Positions 1 to 13,437 of a stretch of 64,000 nucleotides of DNA are shown in pieces (position 1 is the stretch's first letter; each line of letters opens with the position of its first letter). Position numbers and translations under genes: made by a program. This stretch comes from Prorocentrum cordatum. Its lineage: Eukaryota. Under the pieces are notes generated by a model. That model was not told the DNA's origin. It ran no database searches and worked only from the letters and a program-made list of their open reading frames with translations. Where the stretch lies: positions 992,001 to 1,056,000 of the forward strand of contig CAUYUJ010000225.1 of assembly GCA_963575745.1 (NCBI GenBank). The letters run 5' to 3'.

Positions 1-80
1 GGAGGAGGAGGAGGAGGAGGAGGAGGAGGAGGAGGGGGAGGAGGAGGAGGAGGAGGAGGAGGAGGAGGAGAAGGAGGAAG
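1..80. repeat. (GGA)n microsatellite, possibly the (CCT)n 3' tail or target site of the adjacent minus-strand LINE
   Basis: Near-pure GGA run at the window start, directly downstream of the LINE 3' region. Confidence 0.85.
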
Positions 81-244
81 AGCATTTAGTACTCCGCTGG
101 CCGCCCGTCGCCACAGCACACACCGAGGCCCGCGCCGCGACTGAGGGGAGGCGGAAGAGGAAGGAGGGAAAGGAAATGGCGGCCGCCAGCTCGCGACCGA
201 GCCCGCGCCGTCCTCGCAGAAGCCGAAGAGGACAACGACTCATC

Positions 245-665
245 AGGGGCCAGGAGCACAAGACACCAGCTGGCTCTGTTATAACCAATAACACAAGAAG
301 GGCCAATATCACCAGACACCAGCTGACTGTCACAACCCTTAGGGAAGTAATACATCCATGCACCAAAAAATCCATACGCCACAGACCACGTAGGGATCAG
401 ACAGCACGGGCCAAGATCACCAGATACCCGCCGGCTCTGTCATAACCCATAGACACTGCAAGGGCCAAGATCGCCAGAGGCCAACTGGCTCTGTCACATC
501 CCAGGGACGGAAATACCAGGAGCCACGTGAAACGTAGCGACCGGAGAAAAACCACCAGCGGAAATGCCGCGCATGGAGGCCCGAGGAGCGGGACCACATC
601 TGATAGCCCAAGGATTCTGCTGCGAGGTGGGCCAGGATCACCAGCAAGGCTGGCTCGGTCACGAG
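245..665. repeat. Degenerate ~55-bp repeats in the probable LINE 3' UTR
   Basis: Recurring GGCCAAGATCACCAG...CTGGCTCTGTCA motif at ~248, ~301, ~409, ~463 and ~629. Confidence 0.6.
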
Positions 666-1039
666 AATGCAGTAGAACAGCGCCAGTCCCAATCAGGAGA
701 GAAGGCCACGTAATAATTACGTCAAGTAGTCGGCCTCTTACAAGGGTCCTCGCTGTGGGCAAGATCCCACGGGCCAACTCACGAAGGTCCCGACTGCCGC
801 AATGTCCCAAATGTCCCGGACATGGCTCCGCCAAGTCCCTGAGATCACGCTTCCCAGCACAGCCGCATCGAAGGCGCGCCTGCACCTGGAGGCCACTGAA
901 GTAGCCCAACACATGCAAGACATGCACAGGAATTCCTTGCACCATCACTCCAACATCACGGACCCTTTGAACGGCACCTCTGGCCGGGCCTCCCATACAG
1001 GGTGCGCCCAGGAACTTCCCCAGCTTCCCGCCAATGGCG

Positions 1040-4000
1040 CTGCGCCCGCGCGCGACACAGTGAAAGGAGGAGCCAGTGCCCGCGTGGACCTGGTGCTCCG
1101 GGAACTTGACCGTCGAGAAGTAGTCCTGCGCCATTGCGCGAGTCGGCGCAATCCTCTTCGACTCGGCCGCCGTCGCTGCATGGAGAGACCCCCCCAGATG
1201 CAAACGCACAAACCTGCCAATAGCTCCTGCATGCTCCTGCGCCCCAACGAAAGATTCCGCCACCGCGCACTCCTCTGCCCAACGCTCAAGGGCCTCATCA
1301 GCCAGGGCGTCGGCCAGGTGGCGGCGCAGCCTGACCCCGCGTCTCTGGGCCCCCTCGACCGCGAGATGGCCCCCGATCTTGACCAGCATCAGAAAACGAG
1401 GGGCGGGAACCAACGCCGCCTGCAATTCACGCCGAATCCAAGTTGGTCGCGGACGCACGGCGCTCTCAGATATTGTTCCAACCTTTCATGACGTAGCCTG
1501 GGACCGTGACAAAGGTGATCGGCACCTTGGATCCTCGACGGCGCGCAGTCAGGCAGTCGCCCCCCCCCCCCCCCCCGCATCGATCGCCTGCTTCCCCGGG
1601 ATGCCACCGCCGCGCGAAACAAAGAAAACCGCGCCAAACTCAGGCGGGGCCCCAACGCGCATCACTTGGCAACACCACCCTTTCCCGCGCGGACGCGGGC
1701 CAGGGCTGCGAGCGCCACCAGAAGCATCTCCCGCAACAAGGAGGTGATCACGCCGCCGCAGGCCTGCCAATCGCCCAATCCGCTCATTCAGGGGGTCATC
1801 CGCGGCCTCCGCGACGCGCGTCAAAGGGGCAGGTAGGACGCCTCGGTCCCAGGGACAGGGCGACGCTTCATGATGCCCCATTGATCTGCTGACATCAGCT
1901 GACCTGCCCAGGGGGTGCGGTCGCCAACTCCTCGTTGCACGCGAAAGACCAGCTCCTGCGTAAGTGAATGTCCTCTTGGCCGCGCGAGCGCCTCGGGCGC
2001 TCCACCGACTCCATCTTGCTGCTGCTCAGAGAGGCGATTCTAGATCTGGTCCTAGCCGCACCCGCCACCACCGCCTCAATGACGCCAGCCAGCTCGCGGT
2101 TGCCCTTCTTCGTGAACGCAGCAAGGCGTCGACGCGCGCCCCATGCGTCTGCTCCGCCTTCAAGACCTCTGCCATTCCAACGGTTGGCAGCCCTGTCCAG
2201 CGGTCTTTCGTCGATAGCATCTGAGAAAACATCATCAAAAGCACTCATGTCTTGCGGCCCGTTCGCGATCACGGCGCCTGGTGCAGCATATTGATCACCG
2301 ATACCAGACACCCAGCTCCATGGCCCACCCGGAACCCCGACCAATGCCCATGAGCGTCGCAATCAGAGCCGACGCAACGCCCGCAATGCCACGCCAACTG
2401 TCTCTCTTGGGTTTGCTGACCAAGCCCCTCCGTGCCGTTCACCAGGTACGACGTGCCACCTCCAAATCAAAGCCCTCCTTGAACATGAGCAACTCCCCAG
2501 ATGCCACCAATCCGTGAACCATCGGGTAGCGTGGATCTTCCCTTCCAACTCGAAGCCGAAACAATGTCGCAAATAATCGACCTGGCCACTTCCGCGCAAG
2601 GGTTCGTCACAGAGGCTTCCTCCAACCATCGATGACAGCAAGCGCCACGCCGAACACCTTGTCCGAATAATCCGCCATCGGAAGAACTCCCATCATTGCG
2701 AGCCTAGTCCCAATGCGTTTCCAGGCCACTCCTTGCGTAAACCTCTTCACAAGAGTAAGCCTACTCTGCGCACCCCTCCTCCTGGTCGCTTGCTTTGGCC
2801 GAATGAAAGGGACCTTCCCACGATCGATGTCTAGATCCGTGGCAACCTCCTCGGCTTTGACCACGAAGTTCGCCTCAAGGAATGCCTTCTGGAGCTCTTT
2901 CCGATCGTAGACATGGGAGAGATCGTAAGGTCCGCGTCGGTGCAGCCTTGCGCGAAGGTAACGCACGTTTGCTTAGCCAACCACAGAACGATTTCGTATT
3001 CGGCTCGCTGAGACACCTCATCCACCCAGGATTTGGCGGCAACTGACGGGGTACTCTCGCCGTTTTGCCCGAGATACGGTACGTCGACAAAGTGTTGCAC
3101 CACCTGGCGCTGACAATGGATCACATCGCTGTTATATCAATCGTTTGTTTCCCCCCCCCCGCCGCCCCCCGATCTTATATTGGGTTCGGTCTGGGCTGGT
3201 CGAAACAGCTCGGTGGTGCAACATTTTGTCGGGAGCCCCCGGGCGGAACAGGGGCTTTTCGCCGTGCGCCCACTATGAAGATCGGGGGAAAGAGGGAGCA
3301 AGAGCAATGCAGTACAGGTGCCAATCCACAGCAAAAGTGGTGCAACATTTTGTCGATGCACGGTATTATAAGGTGCGCGTCTCGAGAAATCCATTGCACC
3401 ACCAAGCCCAGCAATCATGCTTTTCTCAGGGACGATCGGGTCAGAGTAATAACTCCCGTCGCACAGGAAGCGGACACCCATGTGCACGAGCATCTCGAGC
3501 CTGAGGATCATCGGGGGGAAATGGTGCTCGACCCCAGACTTCAGGAGCAAACCCCACTGCAGCGCATCGTAGAAGCCCTCGATGTCCCACAGCACGCTAG
3601 CCTTGACCCAGCCTTGCATCGTAATAGGCGCCACGGCCTCGTCCAGGTAATTCCTCAGAAGAAATGCCCGGAGCGCTGACGAGACTGCAGCAGCTGCGTC
3701 CCACTGCCCAGCCTGTTGTAGCGTCCACGTCGCGCGATAACTCCCACGACGGCTGGACCACAACCTCGCAAAACTGGCTAGAACACCAATCGCACGATCT
3801 TCCCCATTTGCTTTACGAGTGAAGGTAACCAATACGACTGTCAGCTGCCATGGCCAAGCCATTTCATATGCAACACATTGGAATAAGTGGACCAGCTCCC
3901 ATTTACCAGTGCCCAATAGCCAAAGCAACTCCTTCTTACTCAGCTTTTCGATACCCTTGGCCGACGTCCACTTCATCCTCATCCAGCGTTTCCATATCAA

Positions 4001-4118
4001 AGCCAGGGAAAGGGTCGTCCTCAGCCGACTCCCGATAGAGATCATTGGGAAGTGCCGTGACCCCATACAACTTGGCACTGCTATTCCCAAGGACGGGCCA
4101 GTCAGCGCCCAGCGCGAG
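1040..4118 (-). mobile_element. Decayed, 5'-truncated non-LTR retrotransposon (RT, Zn-knuckle remnant, RNase H)
   Basis: RT motifs RKANGEDRAIGVL, LWDIEGFYD and SMIAGLGGA in ORF 3137-4576, and QHFVD in 2831-3124. Degenerate knuckle region in 1895-2362. RNase H motifs VAGDASGG (1549-1881) and LVKIGGH...LADALA (397-1458). Many frameshifts and stops. Confidence 0.8.
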
Positions 4119-6040
<1,922 letters not shown>

Positions 6041-9000
6041 AATAAAGAGATATCGTCTATCGCAGGTTTTGGCCGGAGAAAAGCACACAGCCTAAGAAGG
6101 GGGACGTCGAGTCGCGAGTCCCCGATCTTGCCCCCCCCGCCCCAGGCGCAAAAACAGAGGGCGGGCCTGCTCCTCGGGTGATGGGGTAGTACGCCCCGAT
6201 GGCCCAAATTCCGTCGCGACTCGTACCCGCCCAAACCGAATGCGAGGATGACGAAGGAGGAGGAGGAGGACGACGACGAGTCGCCGGCGACGGCACGAGG
6301 GACGGCGACGGCGGGCGGACGAGACCGACAACGACACGACAACGACGACGGGGAGAGACTGCCCCGGCATCCTATTCCCTCCATGCTACTCCCACCCCAT
6401 TGTACGATCATGGAGCGTGAGCATTCGTTCCTGGCTTCTGCTGCACGCGGGACGGGGTCTGGGAGTCGGGAATGGAAGGATCTAGGCCAGACTACTTCAG
6501 AGAAGTGAAGCGGGCTCAGGGTAGGGCTCAGGACTTGGTGGTAGAGAGGATGGAGGGTAGGTGTCTGGCCGTGCTTCTCCCCGGATCGAGGCTGTGGCCA
6601 ACGCTTTGTCGAGTGCTCTGTCCCAGAGACGTCGTCTGAAATTCCAATCAATTGGGTGTCATCTTCCACACCACTGACCACGTTCAGTGGCCCACCATCA
6701 GCGCCACGTTCAGCAATCAAGTTCGACTGAGAACTACCGCCAGCGCCAGGAGTCACGTTTGGAGTGCGACCAGCGCCAAGACCTGCAATCAAACGTTATG
6801 AGTAGTGCTGCCTACTCTGGCACTCTTCGTCCGGACATCAGTGCCACCATGCACTGACGAGGCCCTCGCAAACGATTGTGAGAGAGGGAGGTCGGGTCTA
6901 CTCGCTGCGCTCCTCAACCCACGCCGACAGCTGGCGCTCCATGAATCCTGGCGGCTCAGGCGCGCACGAGTGGACGAGCTCGACCTACTTCAGCGCGCTG
7001 GTGAGCATCAGGGCACGGTGGGGGCGTAGGCACAAAGCGTTGCTCAGCTTACACGCGTCGCTTTCGAAAGACTTCTCGATCCTTGTTTGTTTGCCCCGCC
7101 AACGTCGGCATCGCTTAGCATAACTGCTGACCCGCGCGCGCGCGCTTTGCAACGGGCAGGTGGAGCTGTCATGTGTTATTGTGCTTTGGCGGCGTCCACG
7201 CTCTTCTTGCGTTCCACGGAGGTGTCTTCTTGCATCGGAACGTGTCCATGGCCGCCGGCTGGATCCTGCGAATTTCTGCGTGATGATGCGTGCGACTTGC
7301 TTCGCCATCACCGTCGGAACACGCGCTTGACGGTCTCGTCTTCGATGGCGGCGACGTCCACCTGGGGCCCCTGCTGCGCCCGCGGCCCCTTGCCGCCTCC
7401 CTCGCGCATTTTCCTGGCCTTGCCCTCGGCCTCCATCGGGGCCATTACTTTGGCGGCCAGGCGGCTCATGATAGACGCCGATCTCGCGAGCAAAAGACAG
7501 GGATGCGCCAGCGGATACCCGGGCTCAACCTGGCACAGGTTCGACGTGACAAACAGGGCGCGTGAGGTCAGCTGGCCGCCGGACAGGACAACTCTCAGAA
7601 TACCGATTAGCAAGACATCTCTGATAGACTACAGCGCATTCAACATGGTGCTTAGCACAACTGGAACCACATGCGGGGCACTGGCTTGTCACTATGGCCT
7701 GAAGAGCAGCGCTTCGAACTCCGCGCGTTGGCATCTGGCGTGTTTACGAACTTTGCACGTAGCGAGTCGAGCATCACATTGACACCCATCTTCCAATAGA
7801 ACGGCAGACCCATACATCGGTTCTAAAGCTGCACCAGGATCAGGGACAGGGTGATGAGCGACTACATCACAGGCAGGCAAGCATCATGCGCTCCCCCTTC
7901 GGAGCGTACCTTCAAACTCCGCGAGGATCCCCATCAAGCCCAGATCGGCACACTCCCGATGGAAAATTTGCATTTGAAGCACACTCGCTCCGACGCCCTG
8001 CCCCGCGACCCGCGACGGCCCAAGAAGCCTCCAGGCAGGCCCCACGACGCCTCCCGGCAGGCCCGAGGCGGCCCGTGGGGCGCCCAAGACAGCCCAAGAG
8101 GACCCCGCGACGGGCCCAAGATCGTCCAAGACAAGCCGACGGCGGCCCAGCACGGGCCCCAGCCAGCCCAAGACGGCCCCAGGACAGCCCGCAGGGCGCC
8201 GCGGGCAGTCCAGGAGGGCCCGCGGAGGACCCGCAGAGGCTCCAAGGCCCCTCCTGGCCCAAAAAGTGTCCCACTCCTCGTGGGCATGTGGCATTTCTGG
8301 CAGAGACTCGCTCCGGCGCCCTGCCCCGCGACCCGAGACGTGCCAAGTGGCCTCCCGGAGGGCCCCACGACGGCTCCTGGCAGGCCCCAGGGCGGCGCAG
8401 GAGACGCCCGAGACGGCCCAACAGAACTCTCAGGCCGGCCCAAACGCCCAGGATGGCCCCGACGCGGCCCGACGCGGGCCGCACGCGAGTCCCACAGATG
8501 GCCCTGTGGCGGACGCAGGGCGCCGCAGACGGCCCAAAGAGGGCCCCCGGAGGCCCCGTAGACGCTCCCAGGCGGATCCGAAAGGACCCCCCGCGAGAGC
8601 CCCCTGCTCTCCTCCCGGTCACGCCTCCTTGTACACGCTGCCCCCATGCGAGCAGCGCTAGGGCGCCAGGGTTGAGTCGGGCGTGTCCCCCTCTACAGGG
8701 GGAGTACTCAAAAGCAGTAAAAAAACAGTCTGGGGACGGTTTGTGTCGTATGTTTGAATTTTTGTTTTTGCATTCTGGTGGTGATTCTAATTTTTCGTCC
8801 CAGAATCCCTTGTATGGGGGACATGCCCGACCTAACGCCAGGGACGCTTTCCTCTGAAACACTAAAGGGTCGGCGGATGTGGCGCAAACCTATTGAACCC
8901 ACGTCCGGAAGTGACGTGTTGTCGGAAGCAGGTCGCGTAGCGGAGCGGAAGCCCTAATGCAACGTATCCAATGTATCCAATGATTGCGTAATTGCTACAT

Positions 9001-11379
9001 ACTGCATTGTGTTACATTGTTATCTCTCCCCCCTAACCCCCCCCCGGAGTCGCGCCACTTCCGTCGACCCAAAGGTGGAGGGCCCCTTGTGGGCCTGAAA
9101 ACCAACAAAAACCAATGGAAAATCAATGATTTCGGCTCCTTGGGCCTCCTGGGGGTCCAAGAGGGCGTGAAGACGGCTCAAGATGGTCTCAAGACGGGAC
9201 AAGACCGCCCCAAGACGGCCCAAGATGGCCCCAAGAGGGCCCATGAGGCCCCCAAAAAAGTCCAAGAGGCCCCCAAGAAGACTCCCGAGAGCGCCTCCGG
9301 AGGCCAAAATCTCTGATTTTCCTACAGTTTTGGGACAATTTCAACGTTCTCGCCTTTTTCGGCTCTCAGAAGGCCATGACGGCCCAAGCAGCCTCCAAGA
9401 CGGCCCAAAGATGCCCCCAAGACGTTCCAAGAGGTCTCTAAGACGGCCCAAGAGGACCCCAAGACGGCCCCAAGGCGGCCGCGAGAGGCCCCCAAGACGG
9501 CCTCCGAAGGGGCGACACAACAGAAAAACGCCCCAAGACGGCCCAGGACGCCCCCAAGAGACCCCAAGAGGCCCCCAAGAGGCCCCCAAGGGGCCCCAAG
9601 AAGTCCCCAAGAGACCCCCAAGAAGTCTCCAAGAAGCATCCAAAAGGCCCCATAGAAACCCCCCAAACCCACACAGCGACTGGAGTGTACTGTCATTTTT
9701 CCCTCCTGGGCGAATTGCGGCGCAGCGCCAGCCAGGTGGAAATTGGTCACGGCGGCGCCCATGATTAGAGCTGGCGCTGGAAGGGGATATGGGGAGGGAG
9801 TATGAAAAGGAGGGAGGGGGGAGAGGCCCCAAAGACGTCCCCAAGAGGCTCAAAGAAGCTCCCAAGAGGCCTCCAGGAGGCCCCCAAGAGGCTCCCAAGA
9901 GGCCCCGCGACGACGTGACCAAGACGGTACAGGATGGCCCCAAGAGGCCCCCCAAAAAAACCCAGACGCCCCAACAGGGCGCCAAGAGGACCTCCAAGAG
10001 CGCTTCTAGAAACAAGCATCATTGATTTCCCATTGAGTTTTGAAAGATTTTGGCATTCTCGCCTTTGTCGACTCCCCGAGCCCCAGGACGTCCCAAGAAG
10101 CCTCCGACATGGCTCCAAGACGGCCCAATCAACCCTCAAGAGAGCCCTCAAGAGGGCCCGCAGGCGGCCGAAGAGGGCTCAAGCCGGCCCAAATAGGCCC
10201 TCCCAACACCTCACTGTACGACCACACTGTAAGTACTCCGGACGTGCACCCCGCGAAGCGAGAGGAATCCACGTCCAGGGGTGACGTGCTGAGCGGCAGC
10301 GCTTTCCGGCGAACGCCTCAATGCAACGTATCTAATGTATCCGATGATTGCACAATTGCTACATATTGTAATACTTTACATTCGAATGTCTCCCCCTCTA
10401 ACCCCCATCCCAAGGGGCCACGCCACATCCACCGACCACAAAAATGGTTGACCCACCTGGGCTTCAAAACCCCCCCGAACCTGTGGAAAATCAACGATTT
10501 CGGCCCGTGGGGCCTCCCTGGGGGTCCAGGGGTGAGGTCAGGACGGCGCAAGACGGCCTCCAGACGGGCCACGACGGTCCCGAGACGGCCCAACATGGCC
10601 CCAAGAGGGCCCCCAGAGCGCCCAAGACGGCCCAAGAGGGCCCCCAGAGGAGCCCCAATAACGCCTCTGCAAGCCCAAATCATAAATTTGCTGGAGGAAT
10701 TTGCAGGATTTTCGCGTTCTCGCTTTCTTCGCCTCCTGACGACCCAAGCAGCCTCCAAAATCGCCCCATGACGGCTCAAGAATCGCCCCAGAGGCCCCCG
10801 CCCCGAGACGGCCCAAAGAGGCCCCCAGGACGGCCCGAGGGGCCCCCGAGGCGGCCCACGAGGACCCCAGGAGAGCCCCCAGGCGGCCGCGAGAGGCCCC
10901 CAAGACAGCCTCCGCAGGGGCCAAACGGTGCAGCGGCGCCCAATACGGCTGAAGACGCCCCCAAGAAGCCCAAAGGGACCCCAAAAAAGTCCCCCAAAGA
11001 CCCCGGGAACCCCCAAAACGACTTGACTGTACGTACTCCGGACGTGCACCCCGCGAAGCGGGAGGAATCCACGTCCGGAAGTGACGTGTTGCCGGAGGCA
11101 GGTCCGCGGATGCTAAAATTGCAATGGATCCACTGTATCCACCGACTGCATGTCTGGAGGTGACGTGCTGAGCGGCAGCATTTTTCGGCGAACGTCTTAT
11201 TGCAACGTGTCCAAGATATCCAATTATTGCACACTTGTAATGTATCGCATTCGTGCGTAATTTCTACATATTGTACCGATAGGACCACCCTACGGGTGAT
11301 AAGGAGGTTGGGGGTGGAGGGGGATGCGGTCGATTTGCGATGGCTATGGGCTCTTTGGTGGTTTCTTCCATGTTTCTAT

Positions 11380-11790
11380 TATATGCTCCTCTATGTTTCG
11401 ACCTACATGTCTAGTTATCTAGTTAGGACAACCACCTATCTCCATCTTTCTATTACCAATAGCTCAGCCTATCAGTCTATCAACCAAGTGATCAAATAAT
11501 CAACCAATCAATCGAACTACCTTTCTCTCTGTATATACCTCTCTATGTTGATATATCACTATATATGTATATGTATATATGGAAGCATATTTATATATAT
11601 ATATATATAACGATTTCTATATTCATACTCACATATATATATGCCTGTAAATCAAATAGTTATGTACATATATATATATATATATACATATGTCTATATA
11701 TATATATATCAACCATCGGGACAACCATCGGGACAACCATCGGGACAACATCGAACAACATCTCTCTATCTTTCTATCTATCTATCAAGC
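11380..11790. repeat. AT-rich (TA)n/(TCTA)n tract
   Basis: Directly visible against a GC-rich background. Confidence 0.85.
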
Positions 11791-12090
11791 ATCGGGAACC
11801 ATCGGGACAACCATCGGAACAACCATCGGGAAAGCCATCGGGACAACCATCGGGATAACCACCGGGACAACCAACGGGACAACCATCGGGACAACCATCG
11901 GGACAACCATCAAAACAACCATTGGGACAACCAACGGGGGACAACCATCAGGACAACCATCGGGACAACCATCGGGGCAACCATCGGGACAACCATCGGG
12001 ACAACCATTGGGACAAGCAACGGGACAACCATCAGGACAACCATCGGGACAACCATCGGGACAACCGCCGGGACATCCGCCAGGACAACC
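11710..12090. repeat. 12-bp minisatellite (ACAACCATCGGG)n
   Basis: Tandem copies; the same unit recurs at 55560-55770. Confidence 0.9.
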
Positions 12091-13064
12091 AGGGGGCACG
12101 CCCGGTGCTCGGGGAGCGGCCCTTTTGGCAACAGATGGCCTCTATCATGGACGGTCCTCGCGCAGCTTCGCCTCGCCCGCACGCACGACACGAACCGAAA
12201 CCGAAACCGATTTCCCGGTTGGAATCACTTCCATTCCAAATCCCAACCTCCGATGCTTTTACATTACTATCCCCCCCACCCCCCCGGGGCCACCCCACAT
12301 CCGTCGACCCTCACGAGAAGAACCCCTTTCTAGGCCTCAAGACTTACAAACACATATGGAAAATCACTCATTTGGGCCCTTGGGGCCCCTTGGGGGTCGA
12401 AGAGTGCGTCACGACGGCTCAAGGTGGCCTCAAGACGGGCCAAGACGACCACAAGACGGTCCAAAATGGCCCCAAGAGGGTCCAAAAAACTCCCAGGAAG
12501 GCCCAAGAGGGCCCCAAGAGGACCCCCCAGAGCGCCTGCAGGGGCAAAAATCATGAACTGTCCGTTGGTGTTTGCAGGATTTAAACGCTCTCGCCTTTTT
12601 CGATTCTCAGGGGCCCATGACAGCCCAAGCAGTTTCCACAATGGCCCCAACACGACCCAAAAAGCCCCCAAGAGGGCCCCAAGACGGCCAAGGAGGGCCC
12701 CAAAACAGCCCAAAGACGCCCCCAAGACGGTTTTCGAGGCCCCCAAGACGGCCCAAGAAGACCCCCACAGACCCCCAAAGCGGCCGCGAGAGGCCCACAG
12801 GACGACCTCCCGAGGGGCCAAACCACGCAAGAGCGCCTCAAGGCGGCCCAAGACGGCCCCAAGAGGCCAAACTGCCCCAAAGCAGCTCCACAGAAGCCCC
12901 AAGAGGCCCCCAAAGGGCCTCCAAGAGGCCCCGAAGAGGCTCCCATCAGGCTCCGCAACGACTGGACTGCAAGTGCTTTGGACGTGCACCCTGCGAAGCG
13001 AGAGGAATCCACGTCCGGAAGTGAAGTGTTGCCGGAGGCAGGTCCGCGGATGCTGCAGTGCAAT

Positions 13065-13083
13065 CTGGCTTGATTTAGGGCGG
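13065..13083 (+). repeat. Left terminal inverted repeat CTGGCTTGATTTAGGGCGG
   Basis: Exact reverse complement of 43324-43342. Confidence 0.85.
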
Positions 13084-13437
13084 GGTTTTCTGACTCAACC
13101 GACTCAACCTGTTTTTGCATCATCGTCATCATCATCGTCATCATCGTCGTCATGATATTCATCATCGTCCGCGTCATCGCCATCATCATCACCATCTCCC
13201 CATCATCGTCATCATCATAATATCCATCATCATCTCCTCGTCATCGTCATCATCATGTAGTGATGATGATGATTAAATCAAGACCCGCATGACGATGATG
13301 GCGGCGTGAAATGATGATGATGATGACGATGATGATGAAGCCGATGATTGCGATGATGATGGCGATGAAGCTGATGATGCTGGTGATGCTGAGGATGACG
13401 ATAACCTTCTTTCGGACTGCGCGGGCCGTGCTGAGTA

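Larger units (their letters stand above)
7960..13064. repeat. Array of about four degenerate 1-2 kb repeat units (GGCCCCAAGA-rich body plus a conserved box); probable non-autonomous element or satellite
   Basis: Conserved box (ACGTGCACCCCGCGAAGCGAGAGGAAT)CCACGTCCGGAAGTGACGTGTTGCCGGAGGCAGGTC at ~8899, ~10242, ~11042 and ~12982. Bodies are built of CCCAAGA/GGCCC motifs. Confidence 0.75.

Noticed and set aside
6400..7880. Possible decayed gene or LINE ORF1 (MEAEGKARKMREGGGKG...)
   Set aside because: It looks coding-like in places, but no motif could be assigned.
13057..13064. 8-bp target-site duplication for the large element
   Set aside because: The left flank AGTGCAAT does not match the right flank CCAAAAGC, and the flank of the internal end at 28693 does not match either.
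7851..13195. Many 200-320 aa ORFs on both strands
   Set aside because: They arise from stop-poor GC-rich repeats and show no domain motifs.
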